DNA from: Eledone cirrhosa
Taxonomy: Eukaryota
Assembly: GCA_964016885.1 (NCBI GenBank)
Contig: OZ024755.1
Coordinates: 31,682,001 to 31,746,000, forward strand
DNA length: 64,000 nucleotides
Direction: 5' to 3'
Both the position numbers and the translations under genes were made by a program. Of the stretch, positions 1 to 37,340 are shown piece by piece (within the stretch, counting starts at the first letter, position 1; every line of letters begins with the position of its first letter). A model generated the notes under the pieces. That model was not told the DNA's origin. It made no database searches and saw only the letters and a program-made list of their open reading frames with translations.

Positions 1-25
1 TGGCATGCCTTCGTCAGATAAAATA
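1..25 (-). ncRNA. Partial type I hammerhead ribozyme (family C), cut by window edge
   Basis: Minus strand reads tattttat-CTGACGA-aggcatgcca. The motif and its flank (to ~65) match the complete copy at 48338-48402. Confidence 0.6.
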
Positions 26-104
26 CAATATATAAACAGTTTTATAAATAATTTTGACGTACCATAATATAAGCGACCATTAAATTAGGAGGCTGCCTTG
101 GTAG

Positions 105-143
<39 letters not shown>

Positions 144-285
144 GTATGTATATATATATAATTGGTGTTGGATGCTTGAAGCGTCCGTTTGCGGTAGGCC
201 GTTTGAGCACTCGATGCTCTCATAGAGCAGAGTATGATATCACAGAAAATAAAAGAATCAGTATTGTGACGAATGGAATTTATTG

Positions 286-381
286 GACATATTACAATCG
301 TTTCTCTGGCAACCAGCTCGCGGCACGATCGATGTGATGATCGAACCTGACTCAGAAAATCGTAAGGTCCTCAGATACGTC
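286..381 (-). ncRNA. Type I hammerhead ribozyme motif with long stem II (family D)
   Basis: Minus strand: gacgtat-CTGAGGA-[63 nt, partly self-pairing]-GAAA-cgattg-TA-atatgtc. Stem I is 7 bp with one G-U; stem III is near-palindromic. Confidence 0.65.
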
Positions 382-759
382 TTGATTCTACGAAGCAAAT
401 TTTCCTATATATATATATATGTGTATATATATGTATAAATATATATATATGTATGTGTATATATATATTCAGGTTTGAGGTTCACCACTGGATAGAGCTG
501 GTCAATTCTTCCTTCCCCCTTCTTCTCTCTTCTTCCTTTCTTTCTTTCTTTTTTCTTGTGGCATGAGATTGAACGCTAACTTATGTTCCCATCCCTTTCT
601 GTTTTCCTTTATCTGACCGGTAGTAGCACACTGTAAGCTTTAGCCACGTCACTCGAGGGCGACCGGCAAAGGTAGAAGGTGCTGAATAGCGGTCGCCCTC
701 TGGTCCTCAATTTTCAGCCCCATGGATTTCATCTATTACATTCACGTATTATATTTCGA

Positions 760-817
760 ATACCTGATGATATCACCGGATTCATACGGAACCCAGTCAT
801 TGAAATGATCATAGTAT
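760..817 (+). ncRNA. Type I hammerhead ribozyme motif (family B)
   Basis: atac-CTGATGA-tatcaccggattcatacggaacccagtcatt-GAAA-tgatca-TA-gtat. Stem III is palindromic. It lies in a ~280 bp unit that also occurs, inverted, at ~49490-49712. Confidence 0.65.
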
Positions 818-883
818 AACAAACCTTTCAAGGATTTACACAAATCCAGCCTCCTGTCATTTCATTATATATATATATATATA

Positions 884-1880
884 GAGACATTTAACGTAGA
901 AGAGAACTGGGAGTTCCTAAAAAATAACTTACTAGAGGCGACGGATGAGGTTTGTGGCTGGAGTAAGACCTCAAGCAGGAGGAGAGTGACTTGGTGGTGG
1001 AACAATAAGGTAGATGAAGCAGTCAAGGCCAAGAGACAGGCATGGAAAGAATGGAAGAACGGGGGGAGCAGGGTACATTACATAGAGACCAAGAGGGAAG
1101 CTAGGCGACAAGTATACTTAGCTAGGAGGGAAGCAGAGGATAGAAAATTCAAGCATGTTTTACAACGTGAGGACCAGAAACAGGAGGTATTCAAGATTGC
1201 GAGGCAGTGTGTCAGAGATAGTTGTGATGTCATTGGAGAGAAGTGTATCCGGAATGATAAAGGTGAGCTTGCCCTCACAAGTGCTGAGAAGAAAGATGCA
1301 TGGAAGAGTCATTATGATAGATTACTAAATGAGGAGAATGCATGGGAAGAAGAGACCCTACCCCACGTAGACCCTATAGAGGGACCAGCAGTACAAGTCA
1401 GCGGCAGCGTAGTAAGTAAGGCAATCAGAGATATGAAGATAGGGAAGGCAACCGGTCCATCGGGTATAGCTGCCGAGATGCTGAAGGCATCTGGGTCTGT
1501 AGGTCACACTATAACCACACGTATCGTTAACCAGGTAATACTAGAGGGGGCCATACCAAAAGATTGGTGCAGTAGCACCATTGTCAACTGCTACAAAGGT
1601 AAAGGCGATGCACTAGATAGAGGAAACTATAGAGGTATAAAGTTGATGGACCAGGTCATGAAAGTAACAGAAAGAGTTATAGCACAGCTGATTAGGGACC
1701 GGGTGAATATAGACGAGATGCAATTTGGGTTTGTTCCAGGGAAAGGCACCACTGATGCGCTCTTCCTTGTGAGGCAATTACAGGAAAAGTACCTAGCTAA
1801 AAGTAAGCCACTCTACTTGGCATTTGTCGACCTTGAGAAAGCCTTTGACAGAGTTCCACGTGCAGTAATCTGGTGGGCTC
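884..1880 (+). mobile_element. RTE-clade LINE, reverse transcriptase region, truncated by assembly gap
   Basis: Uninterrupted ORF with GKATGPSG, KGKGDALDRGNYRGIKL, QFGFVPGKGTTDA and FVDLEKAFDRV motifs; starts right after a (TA)n tract. Confidence 0.9.
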
Positions 1881-2080
1881 NNNNNNNNNNNNNNNNNNNN
1901 NNNNNNNNNNNNNNNNNNNNNNNNNNNNNNNNNNNNNNNNNNNNNNNNNNNNNNNNNNNNNNNNNNNNNNNNNNNNNNNNNNNNNNNNNNNNNNNNNNNN
2001 NNNNNNNNNNNNNNNNNNNNNNNNNNNNNNNNNNNNNNNNNNNNNNNNNNNNNNNNNNNNNNNNNNNNNNNNNNNNNNNN
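1881..2080. other. Assembly gap (200 N)
   Basis: Run of N. Confidence 1.
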
Positions 2081-3025
2081 TCCTGTATTGGCAGACTTAG
2101 TGAAACTTCTTATAGTGGACTCTTTCAATACATTCGCAATGTTAACTTTAAAAACGAATGAACAGTATGTTGATTGTATATTTGTATTGATATCTGTAAA
2201 TTAACAGATGGTTAAGTTTGATAGCTTGACATATCAATGTTATACCGTATCCAAACAACCACTAACAGGTTCTTAATAATCTACTATTCAACAACTAGCA
2301 TACGGCTAACCATTTATTTACTACATCATACATTAAATCTGTAGAAATTCGGTTGCCATACATTCAAACCACTTCAAATGGAGACAGACATGTCCCTATG
2401 TTGGGCCATATTGCGACGGAAACTAGAAATACTAAATATTTATTTTATGTATTAACAATTTTTAATTATTCCTCTACCAAGTGACTGTTTTAGTTGTTTA
2501 ACGGGAGCCAGAAACTATTTAAAAAACTCTTTTCAATTCGGAAACGATTCCTCTACGTTTTACAACCGGCATTTCAATATGCACCCCCTTCTTTCAGTTA
2601 TAAAATTACCTTAATTCATCGTTGTTTTATATTATTAAATTTCAAAAATGCTAAATTAATTAAATTCTTCATAGTATATCAAGAATAATTTTTGTGTGTT
2701 TGAAATTCCCAAAGACGAATTTATTTGCTGTGAACAGCAATTGTTCATCAGCTGTGTTGTTCTCATTGGAAACGTGTCACTAGAAAGCACATGTCTCCCC
2801 TTTCATATATTACTTTGACACTTCAAACCATTTATGATCGCTTTTTCTGCAGGTCTTGCTAACTTTTAATCCAGCTTGTTCAATATTTCATTCTTAACGA
2901 TATAATGTGTATTTGTTTAATGAAATATCTATATTAATTCTCTATATTCGTAGCCCCCCACTACTTGCTGATACCATATGGTCGATTCTTACACGCTTCC
3001 GTTTTTCTTCTCGGATAGCACACGT

Positions 3026-3084
<59 letters not shown>

Positions 3085-3221
3085 TATACATACATTCATA
3101 CCCATACATACATACATTCATACACACATACATACATTCATACACACATACATACATTCATACACACATACATACATACATTCATACACACATACATACA
3201 TTCATACACACATTCATACAC

Positions 3222-3254
<33 letters not shown>

Positions 3255-3288
3255 TATACATATACATATACATATATATATATATATA
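3026..3288. repeat. Compound (CA)n/(CATA)n/(TA)n microsatellite
   Basis: Seen directly in sequence. Confidence 0.95.
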
Positions 3289-4635
3289 TCGTTTGTTAAA
3301 TAGATACAATTCCGAAATTATATACTGTTTTTCAAAACAGTTTAAAATAAAACGACAGTTGCTGTGATGTAAAATATTGTCCTTCTTAATCAGTAACTTT
3401 TAAAGAATATCGAAAAATGCTTCAAGAAATTTTGTTTGTGGGTTAAATATTATTTTACTCTTTAAATCTTTTGGTCGTATCGGAAGTTTGGCAGGGGCGT
3501 GGTGGGGTGACCGCCCGCCGGGCCCACGCATAAAGGGCTGTAAAATATCCCCTTGTCTGTCATGTTAATAGGGGCACCAAAAATGACCTATTGAGGAGCC
3601 CTTTTACTACGTCACCAGGCAGCAATTTGTTTTGAGATGTCGTCTTTTTACTCGGAGATAAATTGCAATTAAATTATTCCAACCGCCCAATCACGAATTC
3701 TTCAACATATTAATTATCGTTCAAAGATATTTAAGATTTCTGTCCGTTCCTGGAAACATATAACTAGTCGAGTGGCGAAAATTGCAAATTTTGCTTTTAG
3801 ATGTATATCTTCCCTTGTTTTCAATTCTAAAGAATTTTTGACTACGTGGAAACACGTGTATATAATTGTATACGTGTGCTTCAGCAGTTTGCGTTGGACG
3901 TTTTCTATATATATATCAGAGATTTTCGCAGATTTTCCTCCCAACCCATACAATTCCTACATATTTACCATACCATAGTATTTCTTTTTCAACTTTATTT
4001 TCTTCAAACATTTGAAGGTAATATGTGACCAAGTCGCCAGCTGTTATACATGGTCATCTTAAGCTGTATACACATGGTTAACCTTTCAAGTTCGATCAGT
4101 GGAAATGTGTTTTTCTAATATTTTATTCATCTATTTTTTTTTTCTGGCAGACCATCCAGCTAGTTATGACTCGTATAATAAAATTAACCCTTTTGATATC
4201 AATCCACTCAAAATCTGGTTCTATGAAACAAAAGTACCCATATTAAAGGATTCCTATTTAAATTAAAACCTTCCAGCATAGATTTATACAAGAATCTATT
4301 ATGTTTCAAATATCTTGTAAGTGCATAGCTCTAGATTAATTTACCATAAGGTTTCTTTTGGTGGGGCAAAGCTATGATCTCCCTTCTGCCTAAATAAATT
4401 CTTCGCCCACTTATTCCTAGTAGGGTTATAGGAGCAGAGTCCTCAAACATGCCTTCCAGTGGGTCCTGTCACAAGTATCTATCTCCAATTGATTTGGCTG
4501 GATCCCCAAGTGAAATCAAGCTCGTGAATGTTATCCTATCATCTTGTTTGTAGTCTACTTCCAGGTCTTTTGGCTGTTGGTTTTACGTAGACATCAGGAG
4601 ATGCATCATTTGATTTCTTATCTGAGCACCTGTGA

Positions 4636-5822
4636 AATCCATGGGCAGCACGGCATCTCTCCACTTGTCATGGTCCTTCGTCATCTCCTCCGTGAGCTTC
4701 AGCGATCTGAGGTCCGCTCTCACCACCTCCGCCCATATTTTTCATGGTCTTCCTCTACTGCGTCTTCCTTCTACTGGGATTTCTTTACCCAGCGGTCATC
4801 CTCCATGCGCATCACATGTCCATATCATCTCAGTCTTCTCTCCTGCACACTATAACTTATCCCTGTTATACAGTTTCTCTCTCAACTCATCCATGCTTGC
4901 TCGTTCACATACATTGACATTACTCATCCAACAGAGCATGCTTGCTTCATTTCTCTCCAGCCGTAGAATATCCTCTGCAGCTGCTGCCCATGTCTCACTA
5001 TCGTGCAGCATCGTGTCTCACACAGGCATCATATAACCGGCCTTTCAACAGAGGAAGCATCTCCCTAAACTTCTTCCAACCCATCCTTATTCTAGATACT
5101 ATGGCCTCGGAACACCCCCCTCCCATGCTAATCTGATCACCTAGGTACCAGAAGCTTTCAACCACTTCTATAGAACCTACCTGCATTTGGAAAATGTGTC
5201 TATCACTACTTCTACTGTCAAATTTCCCTGTACATTACTGCGTATGTAGTTTTCCCTACCTGTTAGTTTGCCTGCTATCCCACTACATCTCTTGTGTACC
5301 CAAGATCTGCATCGTGTACATTTTATAGAATTTATGCCAGTTCCTTTTCTACATATTGAACATGGCCATTTCCCAGATGGAATCAGTTTTGTCCTCTCTT
5401 CTACTTATCAACATTTTTGTTTTAGCTAGGTTCACTATCGGGCCTCTTGATTCCAACTGTTGTTTCCATAGCCAAAATTTATTTTCTAGCTCCTCTGCTG
5501 ATTCTGCGATAAGAACCAGATCATCAGCATAGATAAGTTCCCATGGACAGCCAGTCTTAAACTCCTCTGTTGTGGCTTGGAGGACTATAATGAACAAGAG
5601 CGGGCTGAGGACTGAACCCTGATCTACTCCTACTTGTATCTGGAATTCCTCACTAAACTCCATTCCTACTCTCACTTTACTGACAGCACATCTGTACAAA
5701 GCTTGCACTGTCCTCACAAGCCATTCTTCAATACCTAGTTTCCTTTGGGACCACCAGATGACAGATCGGGGTACCCTATCAAAGGCCTACTATAGGTCAC
5801 AAAAGCTATGTACAGTGGCTTA
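4636..5822 (-). mobile_element. Degenerate RTE LINE, 3' half
   Basis: Frameshifted RT fragments: GVDQGSVLSPLLF, YADDLVL, FWYLG, GWKKFRE. Confidence 0.9.
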
Positions 5823-6417
5823 TATGTATCTCATCGTCATCGTTTAACGTCTATCTTCCATGCTAGCATGGGTTAGACGAGTTTGTTCCATTTGATGCGG
5901 GAATGGTTGGGAGACCGTGACTCGCTCGTATTTATTTAGGCATTGTAAAGTCCAGTTACTGTAGGTTCACCATAGCGAACATTCGATGTGTAGTTTCCAG
6001 TAGGTATATTGTACTAAGCAGAGTGTAATACTAATAATAATAAAAAGCACAAAGTATTAGATCTTCATTACATTTATTGAGGTGTGATGTGTGTTTCACG
6101 ATCTCTTCATTATAATTCTTCCCCTCCCCTATCCCACATACCCAAACATTTCTTCTCACAAAACCACCAATCAAAATGAAGTAAAATTAACCACCATAAA
6201 TGAATGAGAACTGATATGTACTTTTTCAAAGCTGTATAGGAATTTTTGTCATTGCCATAACAGAAATCTAACGAGCTTTCGATTCCAGAGTTAAACCCAA
6301 TCAATACAGATCGAACCATGAACCAATCGATTGCGAAACGTGCATCACATCTCAATAAAAATCTAAGACCTCGTCCTTTTAATCATTATTAGTGAGTGAG
6401 TGTGTGTGTGTGTGTGT

Positions 6418-7797
6418 CATCAAGGTATTTGAGAGGGTGGTGAGATTACGAATAACTCACTTTCTTGAAAGCAACAGGCTGCTGAACTCCAACCTATATG
6501 GGCTCCGTAATGGAAGGGACTGCCTAACGCAGCTCCTGCATCACTTGGATGACATTTTGAGAGCTTTAGGAGAGGGCTCCAACACTGTCATCTACTTTGA
6601 TTTCAGCAAGGCCTTTGACAGGGTTGATCACAAGATTCTATTGAAAACACTATCCAACATTGGTGTCTCTGGAAAGTTACTACAGTAGATCAAGTGTTTC
6701 CTGACAGAGCCCAACATGTTGTAGTTGGAGTTAAATCAAGCCCAGCCCAAATCAGTAGTGATGTCTCGCAAGGCACTGTGTTGGGCCCACTTCTTTTTAT
6801 CATCTACATTAATGATGTTACTGACATCATCAAGCACAGCAACATAAGAATCTTTGCAGATGATTCCAAGCTCCAGAAGGTCATCAATGGAGTGGGTGAC
6901 CAGACATGCCTTCAATCAGACCTACTGGCTGTTATCCAATGGACAGAAAAGAAAAGTATGTTGCTGAACGAGGATAAATTTGAGTTAATCCACTTTGGAA
7001 AAGAGGATACCCTGAAACTACCATATTTCCTTCAGGTGAAACTCTCATGGCATCCAACATCAGAGACTTTGGGAGTAGTTGTGGGCAATAACATAAGCTG
7101 GGCCACTCATAAACAGCAAAGTTGAAATGGTTTGCCGAATGTTTTCCTGGATTCTCAGAACCTTCCAGTCGAGAGACATCCACACTGTTATCCTTCTCTT
7201 CTCCACTTTTGCCTGACCCCACCTTGAATACTGTTGTCCACTGTGGTCTCCCCACACGAAGAAACAGTATCATGAAGATTGAACCACCTCAAAGGTCAAT
7301 CACAAAAAAGATAGATGGCATGTCAGGCCTTGACTATTGGAGTCGACTAGAAAAGCTTAATCTTTATTCTCTCCAATGTTCGAGTGAGCGCTACATTATC
7401 TGCATGATGTGGAAAATATTCCATCAGCATTGCCCAAATGATGTTATCACCTTTAAGGTACACCTAAGGCTTAGTCCCCATGCTATCAGCCCACAACAAA
7501 AATCACACTCGCATCTCATAACAATATGGTACAATTATTCCACCTCAATTGGCCCCACTCTCTTTAACATTACACCAAAACACATCAAAACAGAAACAGA
7601 ACCCAATAAAGTTCAAGAAGTCTTTGGACAAATTCCTTCAAGAAATTCCAGATAAACCTCCTACACCCGGGTATGTCTCCGTAAACAATAACTCTCTACT
7701 TGAGTGGCCCATGGTGTCCAAATCCTGATTTGAAAGATTTCGCCAGGTGGTGCTATTAAGTTAGACACGGCCTGGGCCAATACTGGCCGAAACCTAT
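6418..7797 (+). mobile_element. Degenerate CR1/L2-group LINE, RT and 3' end
   Basis: Fragments DFSKAFDRVDH, QGTVLGPLLF, FADD and RLEKLNLYSL across frameshifts. Confidence 0.85.
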
Positions 7798-8002
7798 CAA
7801 AGTTTATATATGTGTATGTATATATATATATATGTGTGTGTGTATATAGTGTGGGAAGTATAGTAAACGAAACTTCGTTGTTTTTTTTCTATTATGTGTG
7901 TATGTATGTATGTATATATATAATGTATGTGTGTGTGTGTATCAAAGATTATGGAAGTTGAAAAGCATATTACTTGATGCTTTTGATAGTAAGGAAGAAC
8001 AA

Positions 8003-8670
8003 TTAGACATACAATATAGAGGAACAATGGGAGTTTCTGAAAGTTAACCTATTGAAGGCAACTGATGAAATCTGTGGCTGGAGCAGACTGTTAGGCAGGT
8101 GGAGAATGACATGGTGGTGGAGGAATCCATGAAGGACAAAAAGCAGGCTTGGAAAGAATGGCAGGATGGGGGTAGTAGAGAACTCTATCGGATAGCTAGG
8201 AGAGAAACTAGACACGTATACTTTGCAAAGTGGAAAGCAGAGGATAGTAAGTTCAAGCATATTCTACAACGCGAGGACCAAAGACGTGAGGTGTTCAGGA
8301 ATGCGAGGCAATGTGTCGAGGAAAATGTGTCCGTAACGAAGATGGTATACTTGCCCTCACTGATACTGATAAGATAGCTTGGAAGTGTCACTGTGAGAGA
8401 CTACTGAATGAGGAGAATGAATGGAATAAAGATAGTCTGCTTCACATTTATCCAACAGAAGGACCAGCTGTGCAAGTTAATGGTAGTATAGTAAGTAAGG
8501 CAATCAAAGATGTGAAGACAGGCAATGAAAATTGATGGAAGTTGCGGACTGGGTAGACCAATAAAAACCTGGGACTAGGTGATAAAAACTGACCTTGCTC
8601 ACATCTCTCTAAGACAATGTCAGTGGATCGAGATCTTTGGTGTCATGCAGTTGTACAGAAGACTTGCCTT
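8003..8670 (+). mobile_element. RTE LINE fragment with internal deletion
   Basis: Homologous to the start of the 884-1880 copy (KQAWKEWQDGGSRE, ERLLNEEN), then jumps to the RTE 3' end. Confidence 0.8.
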
Positions 8671-10082
8671 CCCTTGCATACAAACCTAGACAGTAGGCAC
8701 CTCTTAACCCAATGTACACCCCACCTTACACACCCTATCCCATCCTCCCATTTTTCTCCACTGTGTTGGTGACACAACAAAAAGCACTCAGTCCGTTCGC
8801 CTGATGTTAGAGTAGAAGACACTGAAGATGGCAGACAGTGAGAGCTGAGCAGCATGTGGTTGTGAAACACCACTCAGCCATACCTTTGTAGCATTTGATA
8901 TTGTCTTTAGTTTCTAATTCTTTGCTGTTTCCTTTGATTATAGATTGATTTGTGGAACTGTACAGCTGTAGTGAATATTCTACATATTGAGATGTGGAAC
9001 TGTACAGCTGTAACTATTTTATATTCAGTATTGTGTGTATCATCTCCATTCATACTTGATGTAATCAATATTGATCCGACAGGAGAGAAAACATGGCAGT
9101 GTGGTTAAGGTCTTTGCTAGACAAAAGCTTTTCAGATTGTCCCATTGTGTGGTACCTTGGGCAAGTCATCATATGTCTTTTTTCCTTGCTTGCAGATCAT
9201 GTGAGGACTTAAGCAGAGCTACTGACCTCTCAGATGGGTCAGGGCTCTACATCTTGCTTACATACACTCTACAAAGTGTACCAGCTCTATGGAGGTTTTT
9301 GTGTGTTTATCATAACTGAAAAATTCTCTCAACCCTTTGACAAGATTTCTGTAGCTGGATGCCCTTCCTATCACCGTCATTACTGTGTCTTCTGCTATAA
9401 CCCAAGATTGTGTGTAATATTTGATATACAGAAACTGCAAAAGGCCTGACACGTGTATGTGTCCATGTCTGTGTTTACATCTTGTAACTTAGTGATGAGA
9501 CAAATAAGAGATTGATATAAGAATCAGACTGAAAAGATGAGTACAGGGCTGGATATGATTGACAAAATCCCTACAATATGATGCTCCAGTATGACCAGTC
9601 TGTGTGAAACCAGTAAAATAAGTACTGGGGTTGATATGATTGGCAAGATCATGGCAGTGCCCTAGTATGGCCAGTCTAATGACTAAATCCAGCAAAATTA
9701 GTGGGGTTGATATAAGGCATTGCTCCAACATGGCCATATTTTAATGACTGAAACAAGAATATAAACATAATAAAAGTTATAACCTTGTTTACTGCCACCT
9801 GTTGCATTGTAAGTTGTTGGGTGGAGTAGCAGATAGTGTGTGTATCAGCGGTTTTCAATGTTTGTGTGTACGAACATCATGGTATTTTGAATTAACTTTT
9901 TCTAAAATATCATTCTTCTGGATCTCAAACTTTCTGCGAAAGAAGTAGCATAAACATACATATTAATTGAGCAAACACCACCTGTCATAAACACACTCAC
10001 ACCATTGTTTACTGTACATCTTATTTACTAGCTACGGTTTGACAGGTCATCATAGACTACGTCAAAGACCCAATCAGTACTT

Positions 10083-11126
10083 GTGTGATTGAGGTGATAC
10101 AGGCATGGCTGTGTGGTCAAGGTGGGAGTACAGACATGGCTGTGTGGTTAAGGTGGTACAGAAGTGGCTGTGTGGTTAAGGTGGAGGTACAGACATGGCT
10201 GTGTGGTTAAGGTGGTACAGACATGGCTGTGTGGTTAAGGTGGTACAGAAGTGGCTGTGTGGTCAAGGTGGATGTATAGACATGGCTGTGTGGTCAAGGT
10301 GGATGTATAGACATGGCTGTGTGGTCAAGGTGGAGGTATAGACATGGCTGTGTGGTCAAGGTGGAGGTATAGACATGGTTGTGTGGTTAAGGTGATACAG
10401 ACATGGCTGTGTGGTCAAGGTGGGAGTACAGACATGGCTGTGTGGTCAAGGTGGGAGTACAGACATGGCTGTGTGGTCAAGGTGGGAGTACAGACATGGC
10501 TGTGTGGTCAAGGTGGGAGTACAGACATGGCTGTGTGGTTAAGGTGGTACAGACATGGCTGTGTGGTTAAGGTGGTACAGACATGGCTGTGTGGTTAAGG
10601 TGGTACAGACATGGCTGTGTGGTTAAGGTGGTACAGACATGGCTGTGTGGTTAAGGTGATACAGACATGGCTGTGTGGTTAAGGTGGTGGTACAGACATG
10701 GTTGTGTGGTTAAGGTGGTGGTACAGAAGTGGCTGTGTGGTTAAGGTGGTGGTACAGACATGGCTGTGTGGTTAAGGTGGTGGTACAGACATGGCTGTGT
10801 GGTTAAGATGGTGGTACAGACATGGCTGTGTGGTTAAGATGGTGGTACAGACATGGCTGTGTGGTTAAGGTGGTGGTACAGACATGGCTGTGTGGTTAAA
10901 GTGGTGGTACAGACATGGCTGTGTGGTTAAGGTGGTGGTACAGACATGGCTGTGTGGTTAAGGTGGTGGTACAGACATGGCTGTGTGGTTAAGGTGGTGG
11001 TACAGACATGGCTGTGTGGTTAAGGTGGTGGTACAGACATGGCTGTGTGGTTAAGGTGGTGGTACAGACATGGCTGTGTGGTTAAAGTGGTGGTACAGAC
11101 ATGGCTGTGTGGTTAAGGAGGTACAG
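10083..11126 (+). repeat. Minisatellite, 28-31 bp unit (gtacagacatggctgtgtggttaaggtg[gtg]), about 35 copies
   Basis: Direct tandem array; the unit matches SINE heads at ~9091 and ~61923. Confidence 0.95.
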
Positions 11127-11599
11127 TTTATTAGTGTTGTGGGGTTGTAGGCACTGCAGATAATAGGTAGTGTTGATTATTATATAGAAACTACATAATG
11201 ACTACTTTGATACTAAACATGGCCAGTTGCAGACTGGAGAAAAATATCACGTGTTGATGCACAAAGTTCGATCACCAACAGCAGTTTAAAGAGTAAAGAT
11301 GAAGTCCAGTCCATAGGTTGACATCAAGCCATCGTTTTGGCTGCCGGCCACTGTTCTTACCAGCCAACCTTCCTTCCAGGTATAACCTACTCACACCACA
11401 AGTTGATCTTTTTATATGACTGTATAGTTTGAGTACTCTTGACTTGACAATTGATGTAATTGGTCTAAGTTTGGTAATCTTGAGCAGCTCAGCTCACTGA
11501 TATATATATGTATATATATATATATATCAGTGAGCTAGCATGGAAGAACGGATGTAAAACGATGATGATGATGATGATGATGATGATATATATATATAT

Positions 11600-11880
11600 A
11601 TCTTAGACACTAAACTATACAGATATGGTCGCTGAGCCCCTTGCCAGTCATAAGTCTCATGATGTGGTTCTGCAATGTAGAGAGCTTCTGAAGTGGCCTT
11701 GTCGTCCAATGAACACAGCCAAGACCATATAACACAACTGGTAGGATGTAAGTATCGAAGATCTTAGCCTTCAAATGATAGGATAGGAAACTCGTTTTGA
11801 TGTTAGTACTTCCTTGTTCCTGTTGAAAGCTGCCCAACCTAGAGCGATGCGATACTGTGCGTGCAGCAACCATTTCATTG
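11600..11880 (-). mobile_element. Short LINE RT C-terminal fragment
   Basis: LKAKIFDTYILPVVLYG motif typical of RTE-group elements. Confidence 0.6.
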
Positions 11881-12122
11881 TTGTTTGATGATAGCTGGTG
11901 GTTGCTTTACGGAGTATGTCAGAAAATATGGATGATGTCTGAAGTATACTATCAATATTTACTTTATAGTTGGTTTTGCTTTCTGAGTGTATTGTAAGTT
12001 TATTATATATATATATATATAATCAACTAATTCCCTCTAGACTGTGTTCCAGCATGGCCACAGTCAAATGATAGACCAGTGCTATTTTTGATTCTAACTC
12101 TAACATGTCTGTCTATTTGCAG

Positions 12123-36063
<23,941 letters not shown>

Positions 36064-36566
36064 ACATATGGTTCACTTTGTGAGCTTTCATCATATCATC
36101 TTGTGTTGCTGTCCCACATTTGTCTTGTCTCTGTTGCTTGTTCTCTCTCCCACATTTGTCTCCAAAAATATCTTCTCACACATCTGTCTCTCTCCCACCC
36201 ATTCCCGTTTCAGGTTTTTTTTTTGTTCCCCCTTTCCCCTAATGAGACTTCATTACACTTGTCATAAAGCCTCTTTTTTTTCTTTTTTTTTTGGATGTTG
36301 AAGTATGTGAATGTGTGTGTATATATATATATATATACATACACACACACAATATGTGTATGTAACAATATGTAATATGTGTATATGTAATGTGCACATA
36401 TTTTATATATATGTGTGTGTGTGTATATGTATATATATGTATAGTAATGGAATGTAAAAATTCTCAAGTTTATACTACAAAGAAAATATATATATTGTCT
36501 TCGCTATTGAAAAGAGAAAGTTTGTTTCTGTATGGGGATTCGATCTATTTTTATATCTACTACAAA

Positions 36567-36597
<31 letters not shown>

Positions 36598-36759
36598 CAC
36601 ATACACATACACATACATAATTTGTTTGTCTAAATTACTTAGATCTTATTTTAGTTGGAAGTTTCTTTTTAATATTTTAGAAAACTTTATTCTATCTTTT
36701 CAGTAAAAGGAAATTGTTTCAGAATATGAAAAAGACAAATACCTTATAAACTCTGAATT

Positions 36760-36760
36760 A

Positions 36761-36793
<33 letters not shown>

Positions 36794-37008
36794 ATTTGTG
36801 TGTATATATATTTATATACATTTATGTGTGTATATATATATGTATTTGTGTGTATATGTATTTATATACATTTACGTGTGTGTGTGTATGTATATGCATG
36901 TATATGTGTATATGATATTTATGTATATATGTATCATCTTCATTTAACGTCCATCTTCCACGAAGATGATGTTGATACATATATACATGTATATGTATAT
37001 ATATATGT

Positions 37009-37062
<54 letters not shown>

Positions 37063-37192
37063 ATATGTGTATATATATATATATGAGTATATGTATGTAT
37101 GTGTATATATATGTGCATGTGTGTGTATATGTATGTGTGTATGTATATGTGCATATGTGTGTGTGTGTGTATATATATGTATATACATATAC
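36760..37192. repeat. Compound (TG)n/(TA)n microsatellite
   Basis: Seen directly in sequence. Confidence 0.9.
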
Positions 37193-37340
37193 AGACTTAC
37201 CTACTCTAAGTTATTAGGTGTGTATATAAATATATATTCATATGTTCTAAATTACTTTTTAATATTTTAGAAAACTTCTTTATTAAATATTTATCTTCTA
37301 AGTAAAAATAAAAAAATTTATATAATATAATTATTTGATG

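Noticed and set aside
190-232. Additional hammerhead on - (ctATGA-gagcat/gtgctc-AAA-cggcc-TA)
   Set aside because: Two core G residues are missing and stem I is poor; at best a decayed copy.
986-2161. 391 aa ORF as a complete gene
   Set aside because: It reads through the N gap. Only the part before 1881 is real, and that is an RTE fragment.
2907-3367. His/Thr/Tyr/Ile-rich ORFs here and at ~36760-37270
   Set aside because: Microsatellite translations.
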